A stretch of 64,000 nt of DNA, from positions 1 to 64,000 of the forward strand of contig CAZMMZ010000002.1 of NCBI GenBank assembly GCA_964567575.1. The letters run 5' to 3'. The DNA comes from Candidatus Undinarchaeota archaeon. GTDB taxonomy: Archaea; Undinarchaeota; Undinarchaeia; Undinarchaeales; UBA543. The position numbers and the translations under genes were made by a program. Positions 39,658-48,890 of this stretch are shown one piece after another. Under the pieces are notes generated by a model. The model made no database searches. It saw only the letters and a list, made by a program, of their open reading frames with translations, and was not told the origin of the DNA. Within the stretch, counting starts at the first letter, position 1. Each line of letters begins with the position of its first letter.

Positions 39658-39799
39658 ACATCTAAGTTACAAGCTTCGGCTTGGGAAAAGAGAGAAACAA
39701 AACAGAATTGTTCCACTGTGGACTATAATGAAAACAAAGAGAAAAGTACGATCTCACCCACAACGAAGATATTGGAGAGCTTCAAAATTAAAGGTATAA
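39644..39799 (+). CDS. rpl39e: 50S ribosomal protein L39e
   Basis: [51 protein letters not shown] (51 aa); not in ORF track. Confidence 0.95.
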   Translation: MAAHKHLSYKLRLGKREKQNRIVPLWTIMKTKRKVRSHPQRRYWRASKLKV

Positions 39800-39803
39800 T
39801 CAA

Positions 39804-40280
39804 ATGGTAGATGAAGAAATAAAACCAAACAAGGAAGTTCAAGCAAAAGAACAGGACAAAAAGGCAGCTGAAGCTGTAGAGAAAAAGGAAAAGAAACAGG
39901 AAAAACCAGTTCCTAAAAAAGAAGAAAAGAAAGAAAAACCAAAAAAAGAATCAATTCTTGCTCAAGCAAAGCAAATGGCTCAAGCAAAGAAAACTGGAAA
40001 AGCCCCTGCAAAAGAAGACCCAAAAAAAGAAGTTAAGAAAGGTCCAGCACGCGTTTATACAATCTCACTCAAAAAATGCAGACCCCGAACTAAAAAAGTA
40101 AGGAAAGCAGTTATACAAATTAAAAACTTTGTGCTTAAGCATACAAAACAAGAGCCAGTAATTGACCAAGAACTTAATGAGTTGCTTTGGTCACATGGCA
40201 AAGAAAAACCACCTGCACGAATTCGCGTTTCTGTTGAGACAACTGATGATGGAAAATCTTTTGTTAGTCTCAAAAAATAA
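39804..40280 (+). CDS. rpl31e: 50S ribosomal protein L31e with long charged N-terminal extension
   Basis: RVYTISL...RKAV..IKNFV.KH, IDQELNELLW..G.EKPP.RIRV. Confidence 0.92.
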   Translation: MVDEEIKPNKEVQAKEQDKKAAEAVEKKEKKQEKPVPKKEEKKEKPKKESILAQAKQMAQAKKTGKAPAKEDPKKEVKKGPARVYTISLKKCRPRTKKVRKAVIQIKNFVLKHTKQEPVIDQELNELLWSHGKEKPPARIRVSVETTDDGKSFVSLKK

Positions 40281-40290
40281 GGAGTAAAAA

Positions 40291-40596
40291 ATGAAAAATT
40301 TCAAAGTTACAGGCAATTACTTTTACAGACAAGACACATACCCTTTTACTAAAACAGTTACATCTGAAAACGAGGATGCTGCTCGCGAAAAAGTTTACAT
40401 GCTTATGGGATCAAATCATAAACTTAAACGAGGAGAAATGGAAATTACTGAAGTTGAATCTATTAAATCTGAATCAAAACCAGTAACAAAATCAAAAGAA
40501 GAAAAACCTCCTGAAAAAGTTGAAGAAAAAACAGAAGAGCCAGTTCCTGAAGAACCAAAAGAAGAAGCCCCTGTTGAAACTCCAAAAGCTGAATAA
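40291..40596 (+). CDS. rplX: 50S ribosomal protein LX/L20a (L18Ae family)
   Basis: FKVTG...FTKTV.SENEDAAREKVY.LMGSNHKLKR..MEI. Confidence 0.9.
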   Translation: MKNFKVTGNYFYRQDTYPFTKTVTSENEDAAREKVYMLMGSNHKLKRGEMEITEVESIKSESKPVTKSKEEKPPEKVEEKTEEPVPEEPKEEAPVETPKAE

Positions 40597-40601
40597 TTAC
40601 A

Positions 40602-41042
40602 ATGGATAAAAAAATCGACGAACAAAATTTCCAGCAAAAATATATGCAATATAATCTTTACAAACAGCAAGCGCAGGGTTTGCTGAAAGAAATATCACTT
40701 CTTAATCAAACTATGCAGAATTTAACTATTGCACAAGAAGTTCTCACAAATTTAAATGGTGCAAAGAAAGATTCTGAAATTTTAGTTCCTGTTGGTGGAA
40801 ACACATTTGTTAAAGCAAAAATAGCAGATGAAAAAAATGTTCTTTCAGGTGTCGGTGCTGATGTTATTTTGAAAAAACCAATTCCTGAAGCACTTAAAAC
40901 AATTACTGAACAGCTTGAGAATTTGAAAAAGACCGGCGAAGAACTTGGAACCAAGATGAAAGAAATTGAAGATAATATGCGAGATCTTGAACCGGAAATT
41001 CAGAAGATGATGATGCAAGCTCAGAAAGAGCACAAGCATTAG
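40602..41042 (+). CDS. pfdA: Prefoldin alpha subunit
   Basis: Coiled coils flanking EILVPVGG.TFVKA...VL.GVGA.V. Confidence 0.92.
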   Translation: MDKKIDEQNFQQKYMQYNLYKQQAQGLLKEISLLNQTMQNLTIAQEVLTNLNGAKKDSEILVPVGGNTFVKAKIADEKNVLSGVGADVILKKPIPEALKTITEQLENLKKTGEELGTKMKEIEDNMRDLEPEIQKMMMQAQKEHKH

Positions 41043-41088
41043 TTATTCCAAAACCCTTATATGTTACTAGTTTTATCCAGCTATTACA

Positions 41089-42450
41089 ATGTTTAAGAAT
41101 TTAAAGAACAAGCTCAAGAAAGCCATTTTTGGCGTCTCCAAGAAGATTGAGGAGCCCGAAGGTGAAGTAGAAGAGCAAGAAGAAGTTATTGAAGAAGAAA
41201 TTCCTGAAGAACCTGAAGAAGAAAAAGTAGAAGAGGTTGTTGAAGAGCCAGCGGAGGAAGAAAAAGAAGAACCTGAGTCAGAACCAGAGCCTGAAGTTAA
41301 ACCCGAACCAGAAGAAATCCCAGTTGAAGAACCAGAAGAAGTTATTGAAGAAGAAATTACTGATGAACCAGTAATTCAAGAAGAAATTCCTATTTCTGAT
41401 GAAGATCAAAAATTAATTGAAGAAGCACAAAAAGAAGCTGAAGAAGAAATCAAAAAGCATAAAGAAGTTTTGAAAAAAGAAGGAGAAGGTTTTTTCAAGA
41501 AGCTTTTCAAAAAAGAGAAAAAAGAAGAGCCAAAAGAAGAACCCGCAGAAAAGCCAAAAGAAGATGCAAAACCCGAACCAAAGAAAGCAACTTTAATGGA
41601 GCGCTTGAGAAATAAGAAAATTTCTGAGAAAGATTTTGATGGGATTCTATGGGATCTTGAACTTGCACTTGTTGAAAATGATGTTGCAAAAGAAGTTACT
41701 GAGAAAATAACAGGAGATATTAAAAAGGAGCTAATTGGTTCTGAAACATCACGTCAAAGTGTTGAGCAAATAATTACTGATGCTCTTAAAAAATCTGTTG
41801 AAGGTATTTTAGAAAAAGAATCAGTTGATGTTCTTAAATTAGTAAAAGAAAAAAGCGAGAAGCCGCATGTGATTTTGTTCTTTGGATTCAATGGCACTGG
41901 TAAAACAATGACTATTGGTAAATTCGCTAAGCTTTTGAAAGATAATGGATTGAGTTGTGTTATGGCTGCTGGTGATACTTTCAGAGCTGCAGCAATTGAA
42001 CAACTTGAAGTTCATGCAAAGAATCTTGATGTTCCTATAATTAAACAAGAAAGAGGTTCTGATTCAGCTGCTGTTATTTTTGATGCAATTGCTCATGCAA
42101 AATCTAAAGGTATTGATGTTGTTCTTGCAGATACAGCAGGCCGATCTGATACTAATATTAATCTAATGGATGAGTTGAAGAAAGTTGTGCGAGTTAACAA
42201 ACCTGATTTGAAGATTTTTGTTGCAGATTCACTTACTGGTAATGATGCAGCGGATCAAGCAAAGGTTTTCCATGATGCAGTTGGTATTGATGCATCTGTG
42301 CTCACAAAAGTGGATTGTGATGCAAAAGGTGGAGCTTGTTTATCAGTATCTTACATGACTGATGCACCTATTATTTACATTGGAACCGGGCAGGAGTACG
42401 GCGATATGGAGCCATTTAAACCTGAATGGTTCTTAGAAAAAGTTTTTTAG
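41089..42450 (+). CDS. ftsY: SRP receptor FtsY
   Basis: Acidic N-region; [36 protein letters not shown]. Confidence 0.97.
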   Translation: MFKNLKNKLKKAIFGVSKKIEEPEGEVEEQEEVIEEEIPEEPEEEKVEEVVEEPAEEEKEEPESEPEPEVKPEPEEIPVEEPEEVIEEEITDEPVIQEEIPISDEDQKLIEEAQKEAEEEIKKHKEVLKKEGEGFFKKLFKKEKKEEPKEEPAEKPKEDAKPEPKKATLMERLRNKKISEKDFDGILWDLELALVENDVAKEVTEKITGDIKKELIGSETSRQSVEQIITDALKKSVEGILEKESVDVLKLVKEKSEKPHVILFFGFNGTGKTMTIGKFAKLLKDNGLSCVMAAGDTFRAAAIEQLEVHAKNLDVPIIKQERGSDSAAVIFDAIAHAKSKGIDVVLADTAGRSDTNINLMDELKKVVRVNKPDLKIFVADSLTGNDAADQAKVFHDAVGIDASVLTKVDCDAKGGACLSVSYMTDAPIIYIGTGQEYGDMEPFKPEWFLEKVF

Positions 42451-42464
42451 TATAATATAGTACT

Positions 42465-43085
42465 TTGTCATCTCTTTTTCAAAGAGAATTTAGCTACTTG
42501 TGTACTTCTATTTCTTCTCTCTTTTGCGCTGTTTTTTTCCTTTACGTGAGCGTGGTTTGGGCGTTCCCCCTCCTACAAACCACGTCTCATTCTTTTCCAG
42601 TTATAGATTCTCAAGAATCCACTGCAAATGAGGATTTCATTGTAGTTTTCGTAGATTTTCAAAATAAAAAATCATCAACTGAATTTGCGGATATTCAAAA
42701 AATTTTCTCAAGTCAAGAGCCAGGATTTCCCAGCGTCTATAATTATTATAAGGAATCATCTGAAGGAAAATTCCTTCCCAGATTCCATTTCATTGATGGA
42801 TGGTACACATCTGAACAAGATATGGAATATTATGGCAATGACGCAAAGAAATCCAAATCCAATTGCGGAACAGAAACAATAGATTCTGCAAACACTTGCA
42901 CAGCTGAACTTGTAAAAGAAATTCTTGAACTTCTCTCAATTGTTTGGCTTGCAAAAATAGTTGCAATTGGTGTATTCGCGTATTTTTTCATTAAACATTT
43001 TAAGCTGTTTATGATAGCTGGCGCAGTTATGCTAATAACTTTCCTATTTTTCTCAGTTCTTTCAGTTGCATTACCAATGTTCTGA
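42465..43085 (+). CDS. Secreted/membrane protein with N-terminal fragment of an M6-family metalloprotease and two C-terminal TMs
   Basis: Signal-like N-terminus; IVVFVDF...SVYNYYKESSEGKF...GWY...YYG resembles the M6 (InhA-like) N-part; no HExxH. Confidence 0.5.
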   Translation: MSSLFQREFSYLCTSISSLFCAVFFLYVSVVWAFPLLQTTSHSFPVIDSQESTANEDFIVVFVDFQNKKSSTEFADIQKIFSSQEPGFPSVYNYYKESSEGKFLPRFHFIDGWYTSEQDMEYYGNDAKKSKSNCGTETIDSANTCTAELVKEILELLSIVWLAKIVAIGVFAYFFIKHFKLFMIAGAVMLITFLFFSVLSVALPMF

Positions 43086-43089
43086 GATA

Positions 43090-43163
43090 AAAAATGCGAG
43101 TAGGTTCTTTCTATGTTTTGCATAGTTTGCCATTCTCCTCCTCTCCTGCTCGCACTCATTTTT
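43090..43163 (+). terminator. Stem-loop followed by T-tract after the M6-like gene
   Basis: TGCGAGTAGG (43095-43104) pairs with CCTGCTCGCA (43145-43154); inner CTATG/CATAG hairpin; TTTTT at 43159-43163. Confidence 0.4.
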
Positions 43164-43230
43164 ACTACTGGATAAACTCATTCGAGTTAAAAAAACTTTA
43201 AAACCCTTCAGCGAGAGCACTATTTTTGTA

Positions 43231-43476
43231 ATGGAAAACAATGCGTTTCTCTTCGCGAGAATCAATATAAAAAATGAGCAGGAGGTTCTTGAAAAAGTGC
43301 AGAAGATAAATGGCGTAGATTACGCCGTTCTCCTCTTTGGTAAGGAAGACCTGCTCGCCAAACTTTCTGCAAAAAATGTAGATGTTATTTACAAAGAAAC
43401 TTTGTCAAAGCTCAGAGAAATTCCTGGGCTTGAAGCAACAAAGATATTTCTTTGCAAAGGAGTAGAAGATGAATAA
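43231..43476 (+). CDS. Stand-alone Lrp/AsnC RAM domain protein
   Basis: AFLFARI...VDYAVLLFGKEDLLAK...LREIPGLEATK; stop overlaps the pilin start. Confidence 0.75.
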   Translation: MENNAFLFARINIKNEQEVLEKVQKINGVDYAVLLFGKEDLLAKLSAKNVDVIYKETLSKLREIPGLEATKIFLCKGVEDE

Positions 43477-43789
43477 AAAAATTGTAATTGCAATTGTGTT
43501 TGCTTGTGTTTTTTTGCTTGTCCAAATCGGAAGTGTTCATGCAATTAAAAAAGATCAAAAAGAAGCAGTTGAAGGAATAGAGGATACTATTGGAAATGTA
43601 GTAGATCTTATTCAATTAATTGCAGGTTCTATTGGTGCTCTTGTTTTAACAGCCGGTGGAATTATGTTCATGGTTTCTGGAGAGAGTCCGGAAAAGAAAG
43701 ATCAAGCAAAACAAATCCTAACAATGGGTGTTATTGGAATGGTGATTATTTTCGCTGGGCCCTGGATTGCACAATTTATTGTAAGTTAA
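43469..43789 (+). CDS. TrbC/VirB2-like pilin
   Basis: Signal peptide ending VHA; two hydrophobic helices joined by SGESPEKKDQAK loop. Confidence 0.75.
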   Translation: MNKKIVIAIVFACVFLLVQIGSVHAIKKDQKEAVEGIEDTIGNVVDLIQLIAGSIGALVLTAGGIMFMVSGESPEKKDQAKQILTMGVIGMVIIFAGPWIAQFIVS

Positions 43790-43790
43790 A

Positions 43791-44474
43791 ATGAAGTTGA
43801 AAAAGTTTGTAGTAATAGTATTAGCTTTAGTGCTTCTGCAATTACCAATTGTATATAGTGCAGAAACAGTTGCAATGCCAGTTGTTTCTGTTGGTGGTGG
43901 AGGTGGTGGTTGCAATTGTCCTGATGCAGAAGAAATTGCAGATAAGGTAGTTGTAAAACTTGAAGAAAAAGATGAAACAAAAAGTCAGGGAAAAGAAAAA
44001 ATTAAAATTTCTGGAAAAGAGGAAGCGGATTCTGCAACAGAAATAGATAACCTTGTAAAAAAGGTAGAAACAAAAATATTCAATATTTCTGAATTCACAG
44101 GAGATGCGCGTGAGATTATTGCACTCACGCGAGATAAAATGGATACTCCCTTGGCTGAAGTATACACTAGCGGAGGATTGAGTGTTGCAATGAAACTTCT
44201 CAGTCTTATTGGAATAGATACAGATGTGTTAGCGATTAGAGATGTTCCCAAAATAATATCTTGTGGTGCGGTTGCAACAGGAGGATTATGGAACTATTTC
44301 GCAGAATTACATAATTGCATTTCTAATGTAATTAATACTAAGCTTGAGAAATTAGAGCCTCAAACTATTGAAGAAAAGAAAAGAGAAATTGCAATAGAAT
44401 CCGCATTTGAAACATCAAAAATAATTTCAACTGAGCTTGTATCAACTAAAGCATCAGAGGCATTTGGGTGGTGA
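43791..44474 (+). CDS. Secreted helical protein (VirB5-like by position only)
   Basis: Signal peptide, poly-Gly + CNC, helical body; lies between VirB2-like and VirB6-like genes. Confidence 0.45.
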   Translation: MKLKKFVVIVLALVLLQLPIVYSAETVAMPVVSVGGGGGGCNCPDAEEIADKVVVKLEEKDETKSQGKEKIKISGKEEADSATEIDNLVKKVETKIFNISEFTGDAREIIALTRDKMDTPLAEVYTSGGLSVAMKLLSLIGIDTDVLAIRDVPKIISCGAVATGGLWNYFAELHNCISNVINTKLEKLEPQTIEEKKREIAIESAFETSKIISTELVSTKASEAFGW

Positions 44475-45187
44475 TGATGAACAACACAATACTCGAGTTT
44501 TATAAAATGTCACTTTCGCTTGTTTTTATGTTCTTAACTCCAATGTTACTAATTTTCGGGATTAGATTGCTGTTATCAAAATGGGGAACACCTGAAAAAA
44601 GAACACAGATAAAGGAAACAGTTTCTGGCTTCATTTCATTTCTCATAGCAACACCAATTGGAATTTTGATGTATGGATTTCTAATAAAAATTTCTGAAAG
44701 CATTTCATTATATTTTGTTGGAGAAAATTTTTCAGTTAATGGGTTAACAAATTTTTCAAATGCGTTTGCAAAAGTTTTGCAAAGTAAAACAATGATAGCA
44801 ATTTATAATAAAGCTTCTATTTTTTCAACAATAACCATTTCAATGCAGCGCATATTACTTGTTTTGGGTGCTTTACTGATTCCAGTAACTTTTGCTCTAA
44901 TTTTTCTTTCAACTTCAAATCAAATTAAAAACTTTGGACAGAGTATGATGATGTTTTTTGGATTAGTTATTTTTCTTCCAGTTCTTGATTCATTAATTTT
45001 TCAATGTGCTGAAATTGCAATCACTCTAAGTACAAGTGCAGAATATATTGTAATTGGATCCTATTGGTTAGTTGGTTTCATGAATGTCTTTTTGCTTATC
45101 GCAGCTTTCCTAATTTCAAAATCAGGAGCAAATACAATAGTGCAAACAGTTGTTCAAAAAGTTAAGGAGGTTCGAATTAAAAAATAA
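44468..45187 (+). CDS. Polytopic membrane protein (VirB6/CedA-like)
   Basis: About 5-6 TM segments; coupled to its neighbours; T4SS-like context. Confidence 0.5.
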   Translation: MVMMNNTILEFYKMSLSLVFMFLTPMLLIFGIRLLLSKWGTPEKRTQIKETVSGFISFLIATPIGILMYGFLIKISESISLYFVGENFSVNGLTNFSNAFAKVLQSKTMIAIYNKASIFSTITISMQRILLVLGALLIPVTFALIFLSTSNQIKNFGQSMMMFFGLVIFLPVLDSLIFQCAEIAITLSTSAEYIVIGSYWLVGFMNVFLLIAAFLISKSGANTIVQTVVQKVKEVRIKK

Positions 45188-46053
45188 TGGCTTATGAAAT
45201 TCCACAATCCTTGAAATATGAAGAGAAAATAATTTTTGGATTAACAACTCGTCAATTAGCATATCTCAGCATTTCCTGTTTACCAATTGCAATACTTTTC
45301 AAAACAGGACTTCCGTTTGCATTGAAAATTATTTTTTCAGTAATGTGTGTTTCTATTGGTGGTAGCTTTGCATTTTTGAAACTCGATAAAAAGTTTTTTG
45401 AAATCTTTCAATTTTACAAGTCAAATAATCAGCTTGGATTTTTTGATAAAAAAATCTCAGAGATAATTGGTGTTAAAAAAGTTGAATGCGATTTGATAAT
45501 TCTAAATGATAATAGTATTGTTGGGATTTTGCAAGTCATACCAATTAATTTTGAAACAAAAGCTGAAACTGATCAAAAAGCTATAATAAAAAATTATCAG
45601 GAATTTTTGAATTCACTTGATTTTCCAATTCAATTACTTGTGAAAACAGTTAATGTAGATATTGATGATTATCTTAAACACCTTCGTACCGAAATTCAAA
45701 GAAAAATCAATAGCAAGCGAAGTAAGATGCAAAAGCTGTTTGAGAGCTATGTAGAGTTTATTGAGGATTACTTGAAAAATAATTCAGTAAAAAACAAATT
45801 GTTTTATGTTATTATTCGTGGTGGGCGAATTTCTCGAAATAAAACTGAAAATGAAAAAATTCTTACAGAAATTGAAAATCGTTTATTAGTTTGCAAAGAA
45901 GGTTTATCAAAATGCGGATTGAAAACAAATCGAATAAAAAGCGAAGCACTTGTTCCATTAATGTTAAGCTTTTTTGGATTTTCAGTAAATATTAAACAAA
46001 ACTATTCTTCACCATTAACTTTCTCTAGTAACAATAAAACCCACAATCTTTAG
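45187..46053 (+). CDS. PrgI/VirB3-like protein with C-terminal soluble domain
   Basis: MAYEIPQSLKYEEKIIFGLTTRQL + 2 TM; ILQV.PINF....Q..II..Y..FLNSLDFPIQLLV..; YV.I; 3' end overlaps the convergent gene. Confidence 0.75.
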   Translation: MAYEIPQSLKYEEKIIFGLTTRQLAYLSISCLPIAILFKTGLPFALKIIFSVMCVSIGGSFAFLKLDKKFFEIFQFYKSNNQLGFFDKKISEIIGVKKVECDLIILNDNSIVGILQVIPINFETKAETDQKAIIKNYQEFLNSLDFPIQLLVKTVNVDIDDYLKHLRTEIQRKINSKRSKMQKLFESYVEFIEDYLKNNSVKNKLFYVIIRGGRISRNKTENEKILTEIENRLLVCKEGLSKCGLKTNRIKSEALVPLMLSFFGFSVNIKQNYSSPLTFSSNNKTHNL

Positions 46054-46983
46054 AATTTCGTTTTTGGCTTCTGAGTCTGGAAGTATATCTAATTCTTTTT
46101 TTGATTCTTCTATTAATCTTGTAGCTTCTGTTTTTGCAAATTCAATTGATCCGGTTTTATCTAAAAGTTGAATTGCATTGTTTATCATTTCCTCTGTTGT
46201 TTCTTCTACAGATGTTTCTAAAATTTTCACAAGTTCTGCTTTATCAGTTTCTTCTAAATGTTGCAGTGCATGGCAAACAATACTTGTCTTTTTCCCTTTC
46301 TTTATGTCAGAGCCGCGAGTCTTTCCGGTTTTGTTTGATGCAAAGTCAATATAATCATCCCAAATCTGATATGCTAATCCTAGTTTTATTCCTGCAGAAT
46401 AAATCTTTTCTTGAGTTTGTTTATCTGCATTAGCTATCATTGCTCCTAGTTTCAAAGATGTTGCAATATGCACTCCAGTTTTTAGTATTGACATTTGATT
46501 ATAATCTTCAATTGTTAGCGAATCTTTTTTCTCAAATAATACATCCCACGCTTGCCCTTCACACATATTTATAATTCCATTTGAAAAAACTTTAAAAACT
46601 TCTTGGTAATTTTCTCCAGTATATCTTAAAAGTGCTTCTATACTCTTTGCAAAAATTCCATCTCCAACATCTATTGCAAGTGCTTCACCTTGAGTTTTCC
46701 ATAACGTTGGTTTGCCTCTTCGTAATTCATCTTGATCCATTATATCGTCGTGTACTAAACTCATTGCTTGTATAAGTTCAACTGCTGCTGCTACTGGAAC
46801 TGCGGTTTCTACATTTCCTCCTAGTGCTTCGCACACAAGTAAACAAAAAATAGGACGTATTCTTTTTCCTCCTGTTAAAACTTGTTCATTCATTGAATTG
46901 TAAAACTCAGAAGGATCTTTTTTTGGTAGAAGTTTTTCTAGTTCAATATCTACAAGTTGTTTGCATTGTTCTGTTGTTGTCAT
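46015..46983 (-). CDS. Trans-prenyl diphosphate synthase (GGPP synthase-like)
   Basis: GGKRIRP, LVHDDIMD..RRG (FARM), GQAWD, KTG, QIWDDYID (SARM). Confidence 0.93.
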   Translation of the reverse strand: MTTTEQCKQLVDIELEKLLPKKDPSEFYNSMNEQVLTGGKRIRPIFCLLVCEALGGNVETAVPVAAAVELIQAMSLVHDDIMDQDELRRGKPTLWKTQGEALAIDVGDGIFAKSIEALLRYTGENYQEVFKVFSNGIINMCEGQAWDVLFEKKDSLTIEDYNQMSILKTGVHIATSLKLGAMIANADKQTQEKIYSAGIKLGLAYQIWDDYIDFASNKTGKTRGSDIKKGKKTSIVCHALQHLEETDKAELVKILETSVEETTEEMINNAIQLLDKTGSIEFAKTEATRLIEESKKELDILPDSEAKNEILKIVGFIVTRES

Positions 46984-47019
46984 TGCTATTCTGTATGGTG
47001 TTCTTGTTCAAATAATTTC

Positions 47020-48807
47020 CTAATCAACAGTCAAAGTCTTGCTTAAGTTTCTTGGAAAATCAGGATTCAAATCAAGATTCTTGCTTGCATAATAAGAAAC
47101 CAATTGCGCTGAAACAGTTGCTAAAATAGGAAATATTGTTTGTGAGGTTTTTGGAATTTTTACATAGCTTTCTGCATACTTCTGCAGAACATCATTATCT
47201 TCTGCAATCAGTAATACTTTCCCGTGCCTGCATGCAACTTCATTAATGTGGCTAATCATCATGTCAACATTATCTGGTGCAGTAATGAATGCAACTGGAT
47301 AATCTTTCTCAACTGCACTAAGTGGGCCGTGTTTGAATTCCGAACTGAAAATTCCTTCGCAGTGCATGTATGTGATTTCCTTGAGTTTGAGTGCACCTTC
47401 TTTTGCAATTGGGTGTGTGATTCCATACCCAAGATAATAAAGTTCTTTCCAACCTTTGATATGCCCTGCTAATTCTTTGCATTGCTCATCTGTTTCATCA
47501 ATTGTTTTTTGAATAAGGTCAGGAAGTTCTGAAAGCCCTGCAGTGTCTTTTCCACCTTCGCGCATTGCAAGATAAAGGAACATTATTGCTTGATTCAAAA
47601 AAGTTTTTGTTGCAGGAACTGAAATTTCATATCCACATGCAATTGGTAAATAAACATCTGCGATGTTCATTAAAGTTGATCCAAGAACATTCATCATTCC
47701 TAAAACTTTGCATCCTTTTTCCTTTGCAAATTTCAAAGCATCTAGGACATCTTTTGTTTCTCCGCTCTGACTTACAAAAACAATTACATCTTCAGGTGTT
47801 AATGTGTTTCCGTATTCTTCAGTGAATTGCTGAGGCAATGATGGGATAGCACGACGCTTTGCGATTTTATTAAAATAATATGATCCTAAAATACAAGCGT
47901 GATGACTTGTTCCACATCCAACAAAATAAAGTTCTCTTGCATTTTTTATTTCTTCAACAAATGGTTCAACAAATTTTGAATCATTAAGTAAATCAATTAA
48001 ATCCCGAGCTGCATTTGGTTGCTCGTGGATTTCTTTTAACATAAAATGTTCATATCCTCCTTTCTGCGCAGATTCCATACTTTCTGTATGCTCAACAGTT
48101 TCTCGCTCAACTTTTGATCCATCCTCTACTCTGTAAAATTCTGCTTTTCCTGGTTCAATAACTGCAATGTCTCCATCTTCCATATGGATTATTTTATTTG
48201 TAAGTGGTAATATTGATGGAACATCTGAAGAGCAGTATGATTCTTTTTCAGTAACTGCAACAACAAGTCCGGATCCTTTCTTAATTGCATAAAGTTTGTT
48301 CTCAGTTTTGTTCAAAAAAATAAGTGCATAATCTCCTTTGAATTCTTTGTAAGCAAGTTGTATGCTTTTCAGCATATCATTTCCTTGTCTCATATATTTT
48401 GCAACAACATGCACACAAACTTCCCCGTCATTTGTACTTTCAATTGTGTGTCCTTCTTTTTCAAGAAGTTCTTGTAATTGTATTGTATTTACAACGTTTC
48501 CATTCTCTGCACCAACAATTTCTTTTTTGCAATCCATAAATGGTTGCGCATTTACTTGTGCAGGAGCTCCAAAAGTAGCCCATCGCAATTGAATTATGCC
48601 TCGCTTGCCTGTTAATTCAGAAAGATTTAGCTTATCATCAACTTCTTCAACTTTTCCAATATCTTTTCTAAGATCAATAGTTTCTCCAGAAATTGTAGCA
48701 GCCCCAACTGAATCATAACCTCGATAAGAAAGTCTTTTTCCTCCCTCAACAAGCATTGAGCCAAGTTGCTTCTCTTCTTCTGAAACTATTCCAAATATGC
48801 CACACAT
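47020..48807 (-). CDS. glmS: Glutamine--fructose-6-phosphate aminotransferase
   Basis: N-terminal MCGIFG, YRGYDSVG, SQSGETKD, EGALKLKE, EFKHGP, PRNLSKTLTVD. Confidence 0.93.
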   Translation of the reverse strand: MCGIFGIVSEEEKQLGSMLVEGGKRLSYRGYDSVGAATISGETIDLRKDIGKVEEVDDKLNLSELTGKRGIIQLRWATFGAPAQVNAQPFMDCKKEIVGAENGNVVNTIQLQELLEKEGHTIESTNDGEVCVHVVAKYMRQGNDMLKSIQLAYKEFKGDYALIFLNKTENKLYAIKKGSGLVVAVTEKESYCSSDVPSILPLTNKIIHMEDGDIAVIEPGKAEFYRVEDGSKVERETVEHTESMESAQKGGYEHFMLKEIHEQPNAARDLIDLLNDSKFVEPFVEEIKNARELYFVGCGTSHHACILGSYYFNKIAKRRAIPSLPQQFTEEYGNTLTPEDVIVFVSQSGETKDVLDALKFAKEKGCKVLGMMNVLGSTLMNIADVYLPIACGYEISVPATKTFLNQAIMFLYLAMREGGKDTAGLSELPDLIQKTIDETDEQCKELAGHIKGWKELYYLGYGITHPIAKEGALKLKEITYMHCEGIFSSEFKHGPLSAVEKDYPVAFITAPDNVDMMISHINEVACRHGKVLLIAEDNDVLQKYAESYVKIPKTSQTIFPILATVSAQLVSYYASKNLDLNPDFPRNLSKTLTVD

Positions 48808-48890
48808 ATTATTCAAGTTCCAGTATAACGTATATAATCTTTACTAAAATATTTATACTACTACTTTAAACTTATTTTTAGTGGTATACT

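Noticed and set aside
41140-41600. GAAGAA-rich repetitive DNA
   Set aside because: Encodes the normal acidic N-region of FtsY; not a CRISPR or tandem repeat element
42465-46053. Complete integrative conjugative element or provirus
   Set aside because: No integrase, att repeats, relaxase, VirB4 or capsid genes visible; kept only as a T4SS-like module
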